Assembly (NCBI GenBank): GCA_020832825.1
Contig: JAJHRL010000002.1
Span: 1 to 58,581, forward strand
Direction of reading: 5' to 3'
Length of the DNA stretch: 58,581 bases
Source: Candidatus Aenigmatarchaeota archaeon
GTDB taxonomy: Archaea > Aenigmatarchaeota > Aenigmatarchaeia > CG10238-14 > SpSt-28
Shown: positions 45,001 through 54,080 of the stretch, one piece after another
Numbering within the stretch: position 1 is the first letter of the stretch
Layout: every line of letters begins with the position of its first letter
Made by a program: the position numbers and the translations under genes
Notes under the pieces: model-generated
Databases searched by the model: none
Seen by the model: the letters and a program-made list of their open reading frames with translations, nothing else
What the model was told of the DNA's origin: nothing

Positions 45001-46466
45001 TGCTTTAAAGTTTGTTTTATCTCGCTTGCATTGTTTGAGTTTGTTAAAACTATAAAGCCATTTCTTAAAGATGAAATTATTGAAGAGTAGGCAATTGGCT
45101 TGGAGAGTATGATGTAATTAATGTTGATTCCTTTTTCTTTTGCTAGCTTTAGATAAAAATCTTCTATTTCTTCTGTTGAGTTTTGAGAGAAATCTAAAAT
45201 TGAATTTTCTTTTTCGAAAACTATTGGCAAGTTTAGCAAAGAAGCTATTTGAGAAGCATAAATGTATTTTTCTAGAGAGTCAGCATAAACTCCTCTTTTG
45301 TTTTCGAAAAATTGAAGCAAATCTTCTCTTGAAATTTTTATCGTTGGATAATTTTTGATGCTTAAGCAAATGTTTCCCAGAAGAAAGATTTGTTGTGGTT
45401 TGAAGAGTTCAATAAAATGATTTATTTGATCTTCGTTATTATCAAAAACTAAAACTGGTTGTTTTAAAGGTGCTAAAGAAACAATATTTTTCCAATCTTT
45501 ATCAGTAATGAAAAGAGGTTTTTCTAAAACTCTAACTATTGAATAGCAAACAGTTTGATTTTCTACATTAGATGCGTTTGTATAAATTGAAATGCAATGA
45601 GAACCAATTGATTGGTTTAATTCTTCGTTGATTATTGCCCCTTCGTAGAATGTTTGATTTAGGAAAAGATTGTTATCAATGAAGATTTGCAAGTAGAAAG
45701 TTTCGTTTAGGGAATGAAGGGAAATGTTTAGAGGGATTTGTGTATAGGGTAAAGTAGTGAAGTAAGTTTTGTTGAGGGGAGAAAAAATTGAAAATTTTTT
45801 AAGTTTAAAGTTGAGAATTGTATCGATAAAAGACGAATAGACATATGTACAGTTTGGAATATTTACCCATCCGCCACATCCCAATGTAAAACCAAATATG
45901 TTGAATTCTTCGTTTGTAATCGCTATAACTTTTTTATTTTCTATCATTTTTAAAAGTGGTATTGTTGTTGATGAAAGAGATTCGGCATAGGTAAGATGGT
46001 AACTTGCCGCACTTCCCAATTTTAGTACATCGCTAATAGGATATTCTTTGAATAACACTGAATTATTATAGAGTATTTCCGAGTCAAGAGAAGACGCCCA
46101 TAAACTAGAAGAAATAGAAGAATTAGTTAGTACTAAAGAGGCTAACATTCCTCCGTCTCCAGCACCTATGAATATCCCACCATTAGAAATGTATTTACGT
46201 GTTTCATTTTCTTTCCAGTCGAAGGTAGGAGCTGGGTAGGAATCAAATTCAAGTAATAAGATATCGTACTTAGTTAAATTATTAGGAAAGGACGTTCCTT
46301 CTTCGACTTGAAAGCTCTTATTTTTGAACAACTCTATAAACATCTGAACATGATCAAAATGCTTTCCATCATGGAAAATATAAGCTGTGTAACCAAAAGA
46401 TGGAGATAAATCGATGAAGAGAAATATAAGAAAAGGCAATAAGCGATTTAAATACCCCCTAATCAT
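42093..46466 (-). CDS. Giant secreted, membrane-anchored surface protein: C25 (gingipain)-like pseudoprotease domain + lamin-tail domain, sequon-rich
   Basis: N-terminal signal/TM (LLPFLIFLFIDL). C25-like landmarks DIPYADINDDTYLDFAVGRLP and FLFGDPSLP (aa ~505-915, nt ~43722-44954). LTD INEIMYNPKGSDKDREWIELFN...LTGW (nt ~42486-42923). C-terminal TM plus basic tail (nt ~42159-42233). Dozens of N-x-S/T sequons. Confidence 0.8.
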   Translation of the reverse strand: MIRGYLNRLLPFLIFLFIDLSPSFGYTAYIFHDGKHFDHVQMFIELFKNKSFQVEEGTSFPNNLTKYDILLLEFDSYPAPTFDWKENETRKYISNGGIFIGAGDGGMLASLVLTNSSISSSLWASSLDSEILYNNSVLFKEYPISDVLKLGSAASYHLTYAESLSSTTIPLLKMIENKKVIAITNEEFNIFGFTLGCGGWVNIPNCTYVYSSFIDTILNFKLKKFSIFSPLNKTYFTTLPYTQIPLNISLHSLNETFYLQIFIDNNLFLNQTFYEGAIINEELNQSIGSHCISIYTNASNVENQTVCYSIVRVLEKPLFITDKDWKNIVSLAPLKQPVLVFDNNEDQINHFIELFKPQQIFLLGNICLSIKNYPTIKISREDLLQFFENKRGVYADSLEKYIYASQIASLLNLPIVFEKENSILDFSQNSTEEIEDFYLKLAKEKGININYIILSKPIAYSSIISSLRNGFIVLTNSNNASEIKQTLKQKVSKLNSFGFLFNNSQNILRGNYLLLIGLPSFEVEDPVEKQKFLGIIQAEDKEDGDKFISDIPYADINDDTYLDFAVGRLPEDENLSSLIFSRGYLDTSKKALVASEYLYNDYFSILVYGGGGMLNARNVAEILEKKGYDVSRLVEQRTNHKAFLSQLKTSEITKFILTYEGLKKVLEKYVSESLSTVLANILLFLKGSQIAGEALQTYFEYDWSSFGENYEDALYYLSQKEAKNESVTLNDIIKIVGMLWPNSWPELTKENLIEEMPKASIIYYEGLGNGSLWILPNNFKESGDILEYKFWTQQITNYQYNGSKVFIPEDIPLINARIVWDNSDFSALGKMKDKFLENGAASFIGASALNYAPFSGEIDSRFFSSENTIGKSLVYALNSFRSDWFTWDPFDITKPGIKKKSLLEFFLFGDPSLPKEGKVELEYQKILFDCKENCELKVFIPFNYTFKNGTLEYESRENLIEEDEPITPIKRFVYYLPENVLVSEENITINFDEEKIENISLPKVKLLSHSNSSLETNKTKSTTSKKYKVRVNKTIDNRKEVEAIIPTITYDEENSSATIIKNITISLKYSSILDFDVKAKDVKLGEKVPINLKIFSKVFDNATIYIEISNSTYTFNFTFNESLENSTFEKIYEFKPEAPGIYRVRVVLEKWDPLTVGPRETTFTVYENENYSNSNTSDSTACTEQKVIINEIMYNPKGSDKDREWIELFNAGNCEVNLTGWKFFESNTNHKITLIFGSIILKPNQFAIISNNATKFKEEYPSASCSIFQSSFSLSNIGEFVAIKNSSLHIIDSVNYSGSWGADDNGKSLELKNGIWVESYAYGGTPCLPNEDKPSENQTTKNEAITGFAALPSLNNTLNASLNPSSKQNATLTENETSKNVTSKNETKSEKSINKTKESSKSKSPQTGLFGLTLSNYILILVILLSITLGVGSLLLLRTLKYWKKEISKKKVKSSKN

Positions 46467-46574
46467 TAATTTGATTCTAGTGCTAAAATTTTGTCAATTG
46501 CCATACGATAGCTATAAGATGCTTCTTAGTTGCTTAAGACAGATAAATAAGTAGGCAGGAAATAATAAAATTAA

Positions 46575-47651
46575 ATGAAATTACTTATAGCGCATGAGAT
46601 ATTTCCACCAGAGCTTTCTGGCGGAGGGGAGAAACTTCTTCTTGAAATAATCAAGCGGTTAAAAAAACAACACCAAATAATTGTAATAACTTCAGGAAAT
46701 CCAGAAATTAAAGAGTTTAATGGAATAAAAACGATTAGAATACCAATTCATCGAATGCTGTTTAATATTTTTGGCATTCCATTGCTGTTGGTTTATGGCA
46801 AGAGGTTCGATGTTTTAATTGGTAATACTTATCATTCAGCTATTCCAACAGCTATTGCTTCGTTTTTATTGAAAAAATCTTCTATTTGTATTGTACATGG
46901 TGCATACGGAAAGAAGTGGTTAGAAATGAAAGGTATATTTTCTCTCTTTGCTATTCTTCTCGAGAAGATTATTTTTAAGTTACCATTTTCGTATTTTCTA
47001 TTTTTTTCTGATTTTGCTCGAAAATCTGCATTAAAGCTAGGTGTTAATAAATCTCATACAATAGTAATCTCGCCGGGAATTGAGATAAATAAGTTTAAGA
47101 AAAGAAAAAAGAAGAAGTGTGTGCTTTTTGTCGGTAGGCTAGAGAGACAGAAAGGAATAGATATAGTTATAAAAGTCGCAAAAAGGTTACCTCATGTTAA
47201 ATTCATCTTAGTAGGAAAAAGAAATCCGTACGAAAAATTAGAAAAGTTTCCTCCAAACGTAGAGTGGAAAGGGTTTGTGTCTGAAAGAACATTAATTAAA
47301 CTTTATGAGGAAGCTTTAATCTTTTTTCTTCCTTCTCGAGCAGAAACTTTAGGATATTCTATCTTAGAAGCAATGGCAGCTGGTTGTGCTATTGTATCTA
47401 CAGTTCCTCTTTCATACTTTGGTTATAAAATCAAAGAAAACGATAAAATAGAAACGATTGCGAAAGTTATAGATAGAATGATAATTGAAAAGGAAAAAAC
47501 AGAACGACTAGGAGCACTAAATAGAAAGATTGCAAAAAACTATCAATGGGATTCATTTATTCACAGTTTTAATAAACTTCTTCGTTTGCTAGTAAATAAA
47601 AGTAATGAAAAAGACAGACATACTTCTTCTACCCTACCTTCTAATCTCTAA
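46575..47651 (+). CDS. Glycosyltransferase family 4 (GT-B)
   Basis: FPPELSGGGEK N-terminus, C-terminal RAETLGYSILEAMAAGCAIVST (E-x7-E region). Confidence 0.8.
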   Translation: MKLLIAHEIFPPELSGGGEKLLLEIIKRLKKQHQIIVITSGNPEIKEFNGIKTIRIPIHRMLFNIFGIPLLLVYGKRFDVLIGNTYHSAIPTAIASFLLKKSSICIVHGAYGKKWLEMKGIFSLFAILLEKIIFKLPFSYFLFFSDFARKSALKLGVNKSHTIVISPGIEINKFKKRKKKKCVLFVGRLERQKGIDIVIKVAKRLPHVKFILVGKRNPYEKLEKFPPNVEWKGFVSERTLIKLYEEALIFFLPSRAETLGYSILEAMAAGCAIVSTVPLSYFGYKIKENDKIETIAKVIDRMIIEKEKTERLGALNRKIAKNYQWDSFIHSFNKLLRLLVNKSNEKDRHTSSTLPSNL

Positions 47652-47904
47652 TTCTGCTGTTTTGCTTGATGGTATAAAATACTGCAAGCCAGTTGTTTCC
47701 ACAGTATTGCCTGAGGATATTGCTCAACTTAAAATTGGGATATATGCAGAGAGTAAACCTGAATCTTTTGCAGAAGCTATACTTGCTGTAAATGGTAGAT
47801 ACAATGAATTTCAGGAAAACATAAAAATGGTGAAACCAAAATTTTTATGGAAGAATATTATTCCACAGATAATAGAAAACTATCAAAAAATTGCAAATGA
47901 GTGA
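47605..47904 (+). pseudogene. Orphan C-terminal fragment of a second GT4 glycosyltransferase
   Basis: KKTDILLLPYLLISNSAVLLDGIKYCKPVVSTVLPE corresponds only to the last ~100 aa of a GT-B enzyme. Overlaps the preceding GT4 by 47 nt; no N-terminal domain is present. Confidence 0.45.
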
Positions 47905-47908
47905 TTGA

Positions 47909-48430
47909 ATGAAAAAGAAAATTTTGAATGTTGGTTGCGGTAATGATACTTATGGTACTCATTTTATTGATTTATATCCAATTAGAAAAGAAGTCATAAA
48001 ATGCGACGTTAATAAGGATAAATTTCCATTTAAAGATAATTTCTTTGATGAAGTTATTGCAATAAATTTATTTGAGCATTTAACAAATCCTTTAAACTTT
48101 TTGAAAGAATCTTACAGGGTTTTGAAAAGAGGCAGAAAACTAATAATAATTACTGATAACGCGGGTTTCTTTGGAATTTTTGGAAGAGTTCATCATGGTG
48201 ACTACGAAAAGATTAGAGAGAATGAGGGAATTAATCAAGATAGACATTACGCTCTATTTACACCAAACCATTTAGAAAATTGGTTGAGATATGTTGGATT
48301 CAGAAAGATAAAAGTAGAATATTATATATGCGAAAGACGCATCTTAAAGAAACATATTCCATTAATAAAATTGTTAACTATTCTTTCTAAGAGGTTTTAT
48401 CCACAAGTAAAAGCAGAAGCAGTCAAGTAG
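47909..48430 (+). CDS. Class I SAM-dependent methyltransferase
   Basis: ILNVGCGND motif I, FDEVIAINLFEHL, LKRGRKLII. Confidence 0.75.
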   Translation: MKKKILNVGCGNDTYGTHFIDLYPIRKEVIKCDVNKDKFPFKDNFFDEVIAINLFEHLTNPLNFLKESYRVLKRGRKLIIITDNAGFFGIFGRVHHGDYEKIRENEGINQDRHYALFTPNHLENWLRYVGFRKIKVEYYICERRILKKHIPLIKLLTILSKRFYPQVKAEAVK

Positions 48431-48500
48431 ATTATAAACTTCGTAATAATTATAAAAATTATAAACTTTGAATTATTTGAAAGTAGCTCTGAATGTAAAT

Positions 48501-49379
48501 TTATTTTGTCGTTTCTATTCTTTCCCAAATTTTTTCAAAAGATTTTCTTCTAAAAATTAGCCAATAAGCTCTAAGCCAAGAAATTAGATAAACGAAGCTA
48601 ACGATAAGCATTTTGTGAAATTTTCTAATTCCATAAACTCTAAATAAATCTTTCAATCCAACTGAAATCTCACTTGAAATTTTTCTTCCTTCAAACCCAA
48701 ACCATTTTTTAATTTGTAAAAAACCGGCTCTTGTTCTGGATTTTTGCTTTATGAAATCTGAAATTGATGTTGGAAATTTAACATAAACTTTAGCCTTCGG
48801 TTTATACTTTATCAAATATCCTTTAGCTTTTATCATATAACCAATTAATGCATCATCCGACAAAACATTCGAGGGAATTTCTTTTACTAAGCCATTTCTT
48901 ATAGCATATAAATAACCAGTTGGATGCCAAAGTTCATTTTTCTTATCTTGTATTTTTCTCATTTTATCAAAAACTTTTTCGCTTAACTTTGCCCATTCAT
49001 AAAACAAAGAATTTTTTGAAATTTGATAAATAACTTTTCCAGAAACAGCGCCAACTTTCGGATTTTCAAAATGTTTCAAGAGAAATTTAATCGAATTTTT
49101 TCCAACTATAACATCTCCATCTGTTAAGACTAGAATTTTTCCTTTCGCTTCTTTAAAACCCAAATTTAATGCTGTTGGCTTTCCTTTTCCAGGATCTTTC
49201 AAAATTTTTATTCTTTTATCCTTTTCACTAAATTTTTTAGCTACTGATAAAGTTGGTTCATCGGGAGCGATAACAAGAACTTCAGAATTTTTTGGTAGTT
49301 GTGAAATTATTTGACTTATAGCTTCTCCAATGGTTTTTTCTTCTTTAAAAGCGGTTATTATTACTGAGCACTTCTTCAT
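48501..49379 (-). CDS. Glycosyltransferase family 2
   Basis: CSVIITAFKEEKTI ... LTDGDV (DxD). C-terminal hydrophobic segment. Confidence 0.8.
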   Translation of the reverse strand: MKKCSVIITAFKEEKTIGEAISQIISQLPKNSEVLVIAPDEPTLSVAKKFSEKDKRIKILKDPGKGKPTALNLGFKEAKGKILVLTDGDVIVGKNSIKFLLKHFENPKVGAVSGKVIYQISKNSLFYEWAKLSEKVFDKMRKIQDKKNELWHPTGYLYAIRNGLVKEIPSNVLSDDALIGYMIKAKGYLIKYKPKAKVYVKFPTSISDFIKQKSRTRAGFLQIKKWFGFEGRKISSEISVGLKDLFRVYGIRKFHKMLIVSFVYLISWLRAYWLIFRRKSFEKIWERIETTK

Positions 49380-50478
49380 ATACTTTAATTATTTTTTCAA
49401 CTATTTTATTCCATGTAAATTGTTTTGCTTTTTTTATGTTGTTTTGGGAGATTTTATAGTAAAGTTTTCTCTCATTCAATAGCAATCTAATATACTTTGC
49501 AGCATTTTCGACATCTCCATATTTCACTAAGAATCCATTTTCTCCATGCTTTATTAAGAACCTTGGGCCGTCACTATCTACTGCTATTACTGGTTTGCCT
49601 CTTGCAAAAGCTTCAAGAATTACAATACCAAAAGCTTCATAAGGTGATGGAATAAAAACAATTTCTGCTCTATCATATATTCCTACTAATTTTTCTCTTC
49701 TTATTTTTCCAAGAAATCTGACTTTTATTTTATTTCTTTTTATAAAGTTTTTTAATTTCAAGTAATAATTCTTATCTTCGATCGGACCAACAACCAGCAG
49801 TTCTAAATTCTCATCGACAGCTACTATTGTTTTAAGCAAAAAGTCCAAACCTTTTGATTCATGAATTCGACCCACATAAAGTATGACAGGTTTTTTTGAT
49901 TTCTTATTTATTTCTTTTTTTGTAGAGATAAAATACGAAGGTATTCCAATTGGTATTTTGCATATTTTGTTCTTTATAAAATGCCCAATTCTTTCTTCTT
50001 CACTATCATTAACTGCTATTATTCTATCAAATAGGGTGAGATACCATTTGAAGAAGCTATCAAAAAAGGATGTTAAAATTTTTCTAATTAAATTTTTTGA
50101 AGGATGAAATGGAGAATGAGTCGTTATTATGCATGGTATGCCATTTAATTTGCAAATAAGTGCTGCAATAAATGTATGAGGATGCCTATAGACATGAACG
50201 TGTACTAAGTCGTATCTTTCCCTAATTAAAAAAGAAATGAAGGATGGCCAAAAATATCCAAAATTTCCAAGAGAAAATATGGGAGAAAATCTAAATACTC
50301 TGATACCCTCTATTATCTCAAATTTTTTTAATCTCTTTTGATGCCCTCTTAAGATATCAGTTGTTAGTACATCTACTTCTATATTTCTTTCTATCAAATT
50401 TTTTGAAATTTGATGAACGTACTCTTCTACACCCCCAGAGTTTGGTAAGAAAAAAGGCGTTATTTGTGCAATTCTCAT
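49345..50478 (-). CDS. Glycosyltransferase family 4 (GT-B)
   Basis: MRIAQITPFFLPNSGGVE start, YEAFGIVILEAFARGKPVIA (E-x7-E). Confidence 0.85.
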   Translation of the reverse strand: MRIAQITPFFLPNSGGVEEYVHQISKNLIERNIEVDVLTTDILRGHQKRLKKFEIIEGIRVFRFSPIFSLGNFGYFWPSFISFLIRERYDLVHVHVYRHPHTFIAALICKLNGIPCIITTHSPFHPSKNLIRKILTSFFDSFFKWYLTLFDRIIAVNDSEEERIGHFIKNKICKIPIGIPSYFISTKKEINKKSKKPVILYVGRIHESKGLDFLLKTIVAVDENLELLVVGPIEDKNYYLKLKNFIKRNKIKVRFLGKIRREKLVGIYDRAEIVFIPSPYEAFGIVILEAFARGKPVIAVDSDGPRFLIKHGENGFLVKYGDVENAAKYIRLLLNERKLYYKISQNNIKKAKQFTWNKIVEKIIKVYEEVLSNNNRF

Positions 50479-51419
50479 AGTTCAATTGTATTTTTATATA
50501 AATAATATGTTTTGGTGGCATCAAGGAAAGCTTTAATTAGAATAAAAATCTTTTTGTAAAAAAGGTATCTAACCCTAATATTCTTTAAGCTTAATGGTTT
50601 TTCATCTTTTTTATCAAAAAGACACGTCACAAATCTAGATAATATTCCTATTAGAAGAAATCTCTTAAAATGTTTCAGTAAAAATATGAAATGGTTTCTC
50701 GAGATCAACCAAAATCTAAAATCTTCTACTTGTCGTTTCCAACTAAGAGATAATTTGTGAATTATTTTAACATCGTATCTCTGTATTGTGAAGAACCCTA
50801 ATTTATACAATCTCCAAAAGTAATCTATATCCTCATGAGATGCAGGTGTGAATATCTCATCATAAAAGAGATTATATTTTCTCACAATTTCGGATTTTAC
50901 CATGAAACATGCACCATTAGTTGCTAGAACGACCTTTTGTGTTGAATCGAAATTAGTATATAGCCTTCTTTCAATGTATGTAGGAAAAATTAGGTTAGAA
51001 AGATACCTTAATCCATAATGTTGTAGACTCCCGTCAGGAAAAATTAAATTACATCCGACAATACCAATTTTCTCATCACTCTCTGCAGTTTCAACTAATT
51101 TTGTTAGCCAATCTTTTTGAATGATTTTTGTATCGTTATTCAATAGCAAAATGTATTTTGGCTTATATTTCTTCAATGCGTATTTTATTCCAATATTGTT
51201 TCCCTTTGAAAATCCATAATTCTTATCTAAAGCTAAAACATTTGCCTTAGGAAAGTTTTTCTTTACGAATTCAACAGAACCATCCGTTGAGCCATTATCC
51301 ACTACTATTACCTTATAATTTGGATAATCAGTTAGCTTAAAGAGAGAAGATAAACAATCTTTGAGCAATTCTTTACCATTCCAGTTGAGAATTATTATAC
51401 AAACTTTTGGGTAATTCAT
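50475..51419 (-). CDS. Glycosyltransferase family 2 (rhamnosyltransferase-like)
   Basis: VCIIILNWNGKELLKDCL ... VVDNGSTDGS ... LLNNDT. Confidence 0.85.
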   Translation of the reverse strand: MNYPKVCIIILNWNGKELLKDCLSSLFKLTDYPNYKVIVVDNGSTDGSVEFVKKNFPKANVLALDKNYGFSKGNNIGIKYALKKYKPKYILLLNNDTKIIQKDWLTKLVETAESDEKIGIVGCNLIFPDGSLQHYGLRYLSNLIFPTYIERRLYTNFDSTQKVVLATNGACFMVKSEIVRKYNLFYDEIFTPASHEDIDYFWRLYKLGFFTIQRYDVKIIHKLSLSWKRQVEDFRFWLISRNHFIFLLKHFKRFLLIGILSRFVTCLFDKKDEKPLSLKNIRVRYLFYKKIFILIKAFLDATKTYYLYKNTIEL

Positions 51420-51496
51420 TTATATTTTTAAACAATAAAAAATAAAGTGTATTTAGTTGTCCATTTATTATTTAAAATATAAAACCAGATTCATAT

Positions 51497-52169
51497 ATGC
51501 ATACAACAGTTATAGAATTTTTTATTAAAAATATAAAAATAAGCGAGTTTAAAGGAAAAAGAGTTCTAGAGGTAGGCAGTAGATATGTCAATGGTAGTGT
51601 AAGACCACTAATTGAACGTTTTTGCTCACCTAAAGAATATATAGGTGTGGATATAGAGGAGGGAAAATTTGTTGATTTAGTTTTACCAGCAGAAAAAATA
51701 GTAGAATATTTTGGTCCAGAATCTTTTGATGTTGTAATTTCCACAGAGCTATTAGAGCATGTAAAAGATTGGAGATGTGTTATAAACAATCTAAAAAATG
51801 TAGTTAGAAAGGGCGGATATATATATTACAACTCGCTCTAGAGGATACGCATATCATGGATATCCTTACGATTTTTGGAGGTATGAGATTGATGATATGA
51901 AGAAAATATTCTCCGATTTTGATATTATTGTTATTGAGAAAGATCCAGATTGTGGAGTTTTTCTTAAGGCCAGAAAGCCTAAAAAATATATCCCTAACAA
52001 TCTATCGAATATTAGTCTGTACTCTATGATCTTAGGAAGAAAAACTAAAATAATACCAGAAATTAATGAAATTCCGCTATCTCGAAAATTTCTACTTTAT
52101 TTGAAGATTAAAGCGGAGAAGTTTCTACAAAAGATTAGAAAATTAAATTCTAGTATATTTGGAATATGA
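51497..52169 (+). pseudogene. Class I methyltransferase split by a frameshift in an (AT)5 tract
   Basis: The frame from 51497 (VLEVGSRYVNGS ... ISTELLEHV ... VRKGGYIY) stops at 51839-51841. The next frame continues with ITTRSRGYAYHGYPYDFWRYEIDDMKKIF... to 52169. Adding one AT unit to the (AT)5 at 51817-51826 gives GGYIYITTRSRGY in a single frame. Confidence 0.7.
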
Positions 52170-52182
52170 AACTTGAAATTTT

Positions 52183-53199
52183 CTATAGTATGACATCATT
52201 AATTTTAATCTCTCTGAGTATTTTATCCATTTCTATTAGATTCTTATACCATTTAACTGTTATTGTCCTAGGATCGTCTGGAATTAATTTTCCTTCTTTA
52301 AGAGCTCGGAATATTTCTCTTGCTCCTTCTTTTGGAGTGTATTTAGGAGAAAATTTTAACACATTTCTAATTTTATCAAAACTAACTCTATAGCTTCTGT
52401 TATCAGGAGAACCATACCATTCATAGTTAAATTCGACTCCTATACTATCAGCAATTAATTTAGCAAGAGGAAAAATTTGAAAGTTTTGCTCATTTGAGCC
52501 AACATTAAAAATCTGACCATTTACGATATCGTTTTCCGCTTCTATTACCCTTATGAAAGCGTTGCTCGTATCTTTAACATGAACAAACGGTCTCCATTGA
52601 GTGCCATCTCTCATAATAGATATCTTTCCATTTTTAAACAGTCCCAAAACCATTCCATTTATAGCTAAATCGAATCTCATTCTGTAAGAAAATCCATAAA
52701 CTGTGGCTTGCCTTAATGCAGTTACACAAAAGGTTTTATCAGCTAGCGGTAATGTTTCGCTCTCCCAGAGAACATTTGCCTTAGCATACGTTGTTAAAGG
52801 ATTTACTGGAGAATTCTCATCAAGAATTCCATCTTGAAATCCATAAACGCTACAAGAAGATGCAAGAATGTATTTTTTTACTCCATGTTTTTTTGCAAGT
52901 TTAGCTACTCTAACCCTCCCCTTATAATTTATCTCTAAAGTTTTTTGAGGGTCAAGTTCACCACTGGGATCATTAGACAATGCGGCCATGTCTATTACTA
53001 CATCAACACCATTTAATATAGAAGGATCGAACCATCTGACATCATCTTTAACAATCTTTATTCTATCTTCTATTTCTTTTAAAGAATCAATCCCAAAAAA
53101 CAATCTATCAAGAACAATAACATCATAACCTCTCTCAATTAAAAGTCTAACCAAAACAGAACCTATGTATCCAGCACCACCAGTTACTAATACTTTCAC
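52183..53199 (-). CDS. NAD-dependent epimerase/dehydratase (extended SDR)
   Basis: VLVTGGAGYIGS Rossmann motif, SSCSVYG. Active-site region reads TTYAKANVLWE, not a clean YxxxK. Confidence 0.8.
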   Translation of the reverse strand: MKVLVTGGAGYIGSVLVRLLIERGYDVIVLDRLFFGIDSLKEIEDRIKIVKDDVRWFDPSILNGVDVVIDMAALSNDPSGELDPQKTLEINYKGRVRVAKLAKKHGVKKYILASSCSVYGFQDGILDENSPVNPLTTYAKANVLWESETLPLADKTFCVTALRQATVYGFSYRMRFDLAINGMVLGLFKNGKISIMRDGTQWRPFVHVKDTSNAFIRVIEAENDIVNGQIFNVGSNEQNFQIFPLAKLIADSIGVEFNYEWYGSPDNRSYRVSFDKIRNVLKFSPKYTPKEGAREIFRALKEGKLIPDDPRTITVKWYKNLIEMDKILREIKINDVIL

Positions 53200-54080
53200 A
53201 AACTCACCTGTTGTTTAAATATATTCAAAGCTTCATCTATTGTTAAGGCTTTCAATTTTGTTGCTCTTTCTACTTTAGAAACATCTAGCGCTACTTTACG
53301 TGGTCTCGGTGCTACTTGATTGAGTTCCGGTGTTGTTATTGGTCTAATCAATTCTTTATTTAATCCAAACGTTTCTGCAATCTTTATGCTAAATTCATAG
53401 CGATTCAAATTTGTTTTCCCAGTTATGTGAAAAAGACCTACTTTATCTTTTTCGCATAAAGTTAACAACATTTCAGCTAAATTATCAACAAGAGTGGGGT
53501 TATTATACTGATCAATAACTGCTTTGACTTCTTCTCCACTTTTTAACTTTTTGACAAGCCATAATGCAAAAGGCTCTTTTCCCAAACCTCCTACACCAAA
53601 TAAAACAGCAGTCCGCGCAATTATATAATCTGTTGTTAGAATCTTAATGGCTTCTTCAGCAATTAGCTTAGTTTTTGCATAATAGTTTAACGGATTTGGT
53701 TTGTCTTTTTCGGTATAAGGGGTAGCTTTTTTACCGTCAAAAACATAATCGGTAGATATAAATACATATTTGCAGCCAAAAGTCTTGCAAGCTTCGGCAA
53801 CATTTTTTGTTCCTTCTACGTTAACAAGCCAAGCTTCTTCAGGATGTAATTCACAATAGTCAACATTATGCAATGCATGCGTATCTATAACAAAATCTGG
53901 TTTTATATTTCCAATCAGTTTAAATACATCAGCTCGTTTTGTAACGTCTAATTGGTACACATTTTCTATACTTGGTTTATGAGTATTATACGTTCCAAAA
54001 ACTTGATAATCATTCTTAGCAAGATTATATACCTTATTTCCCAACAAACCAGAGACACCAATAATCAGAATTTTTTTCAC
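53196..54080 (-). CDS. rfbD: dTDP-4-dehydrorhamnose reductase
   Basis: ILIIGVSGLLG, YYAKTKLIAEE (YxxxK), 294 aa. 4-nt overlap with the SDR gene and adjacent to rfbC. Confidence 0.85.
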   Translation of the reverse strand: MKKILIIGVSGLLGNKVYNLAKNDYQVFGTYNTHKPSIENVYQLDVTKRADVFKLIGNIKPDFVIDTHALHNVDYCELHPEEAWLVNVEGTKNVAEACKTFGCKYVFISTDYVFDGKKATPYTEKDKPNPLNYYAKTKLIAEEAIKILTTDYIIARTAVLFGVGGLGKEPFALWLVKKLKSGEEVKAVIDQYNNPTLVDNLAEMLLTLCEKDKVGLFHITGKTNLNRYEFSIKIAETFGLNKELIRPITTPELNQVAPRPRKVALDVSKVERATKLKALTIDEALNIFKQQVSL

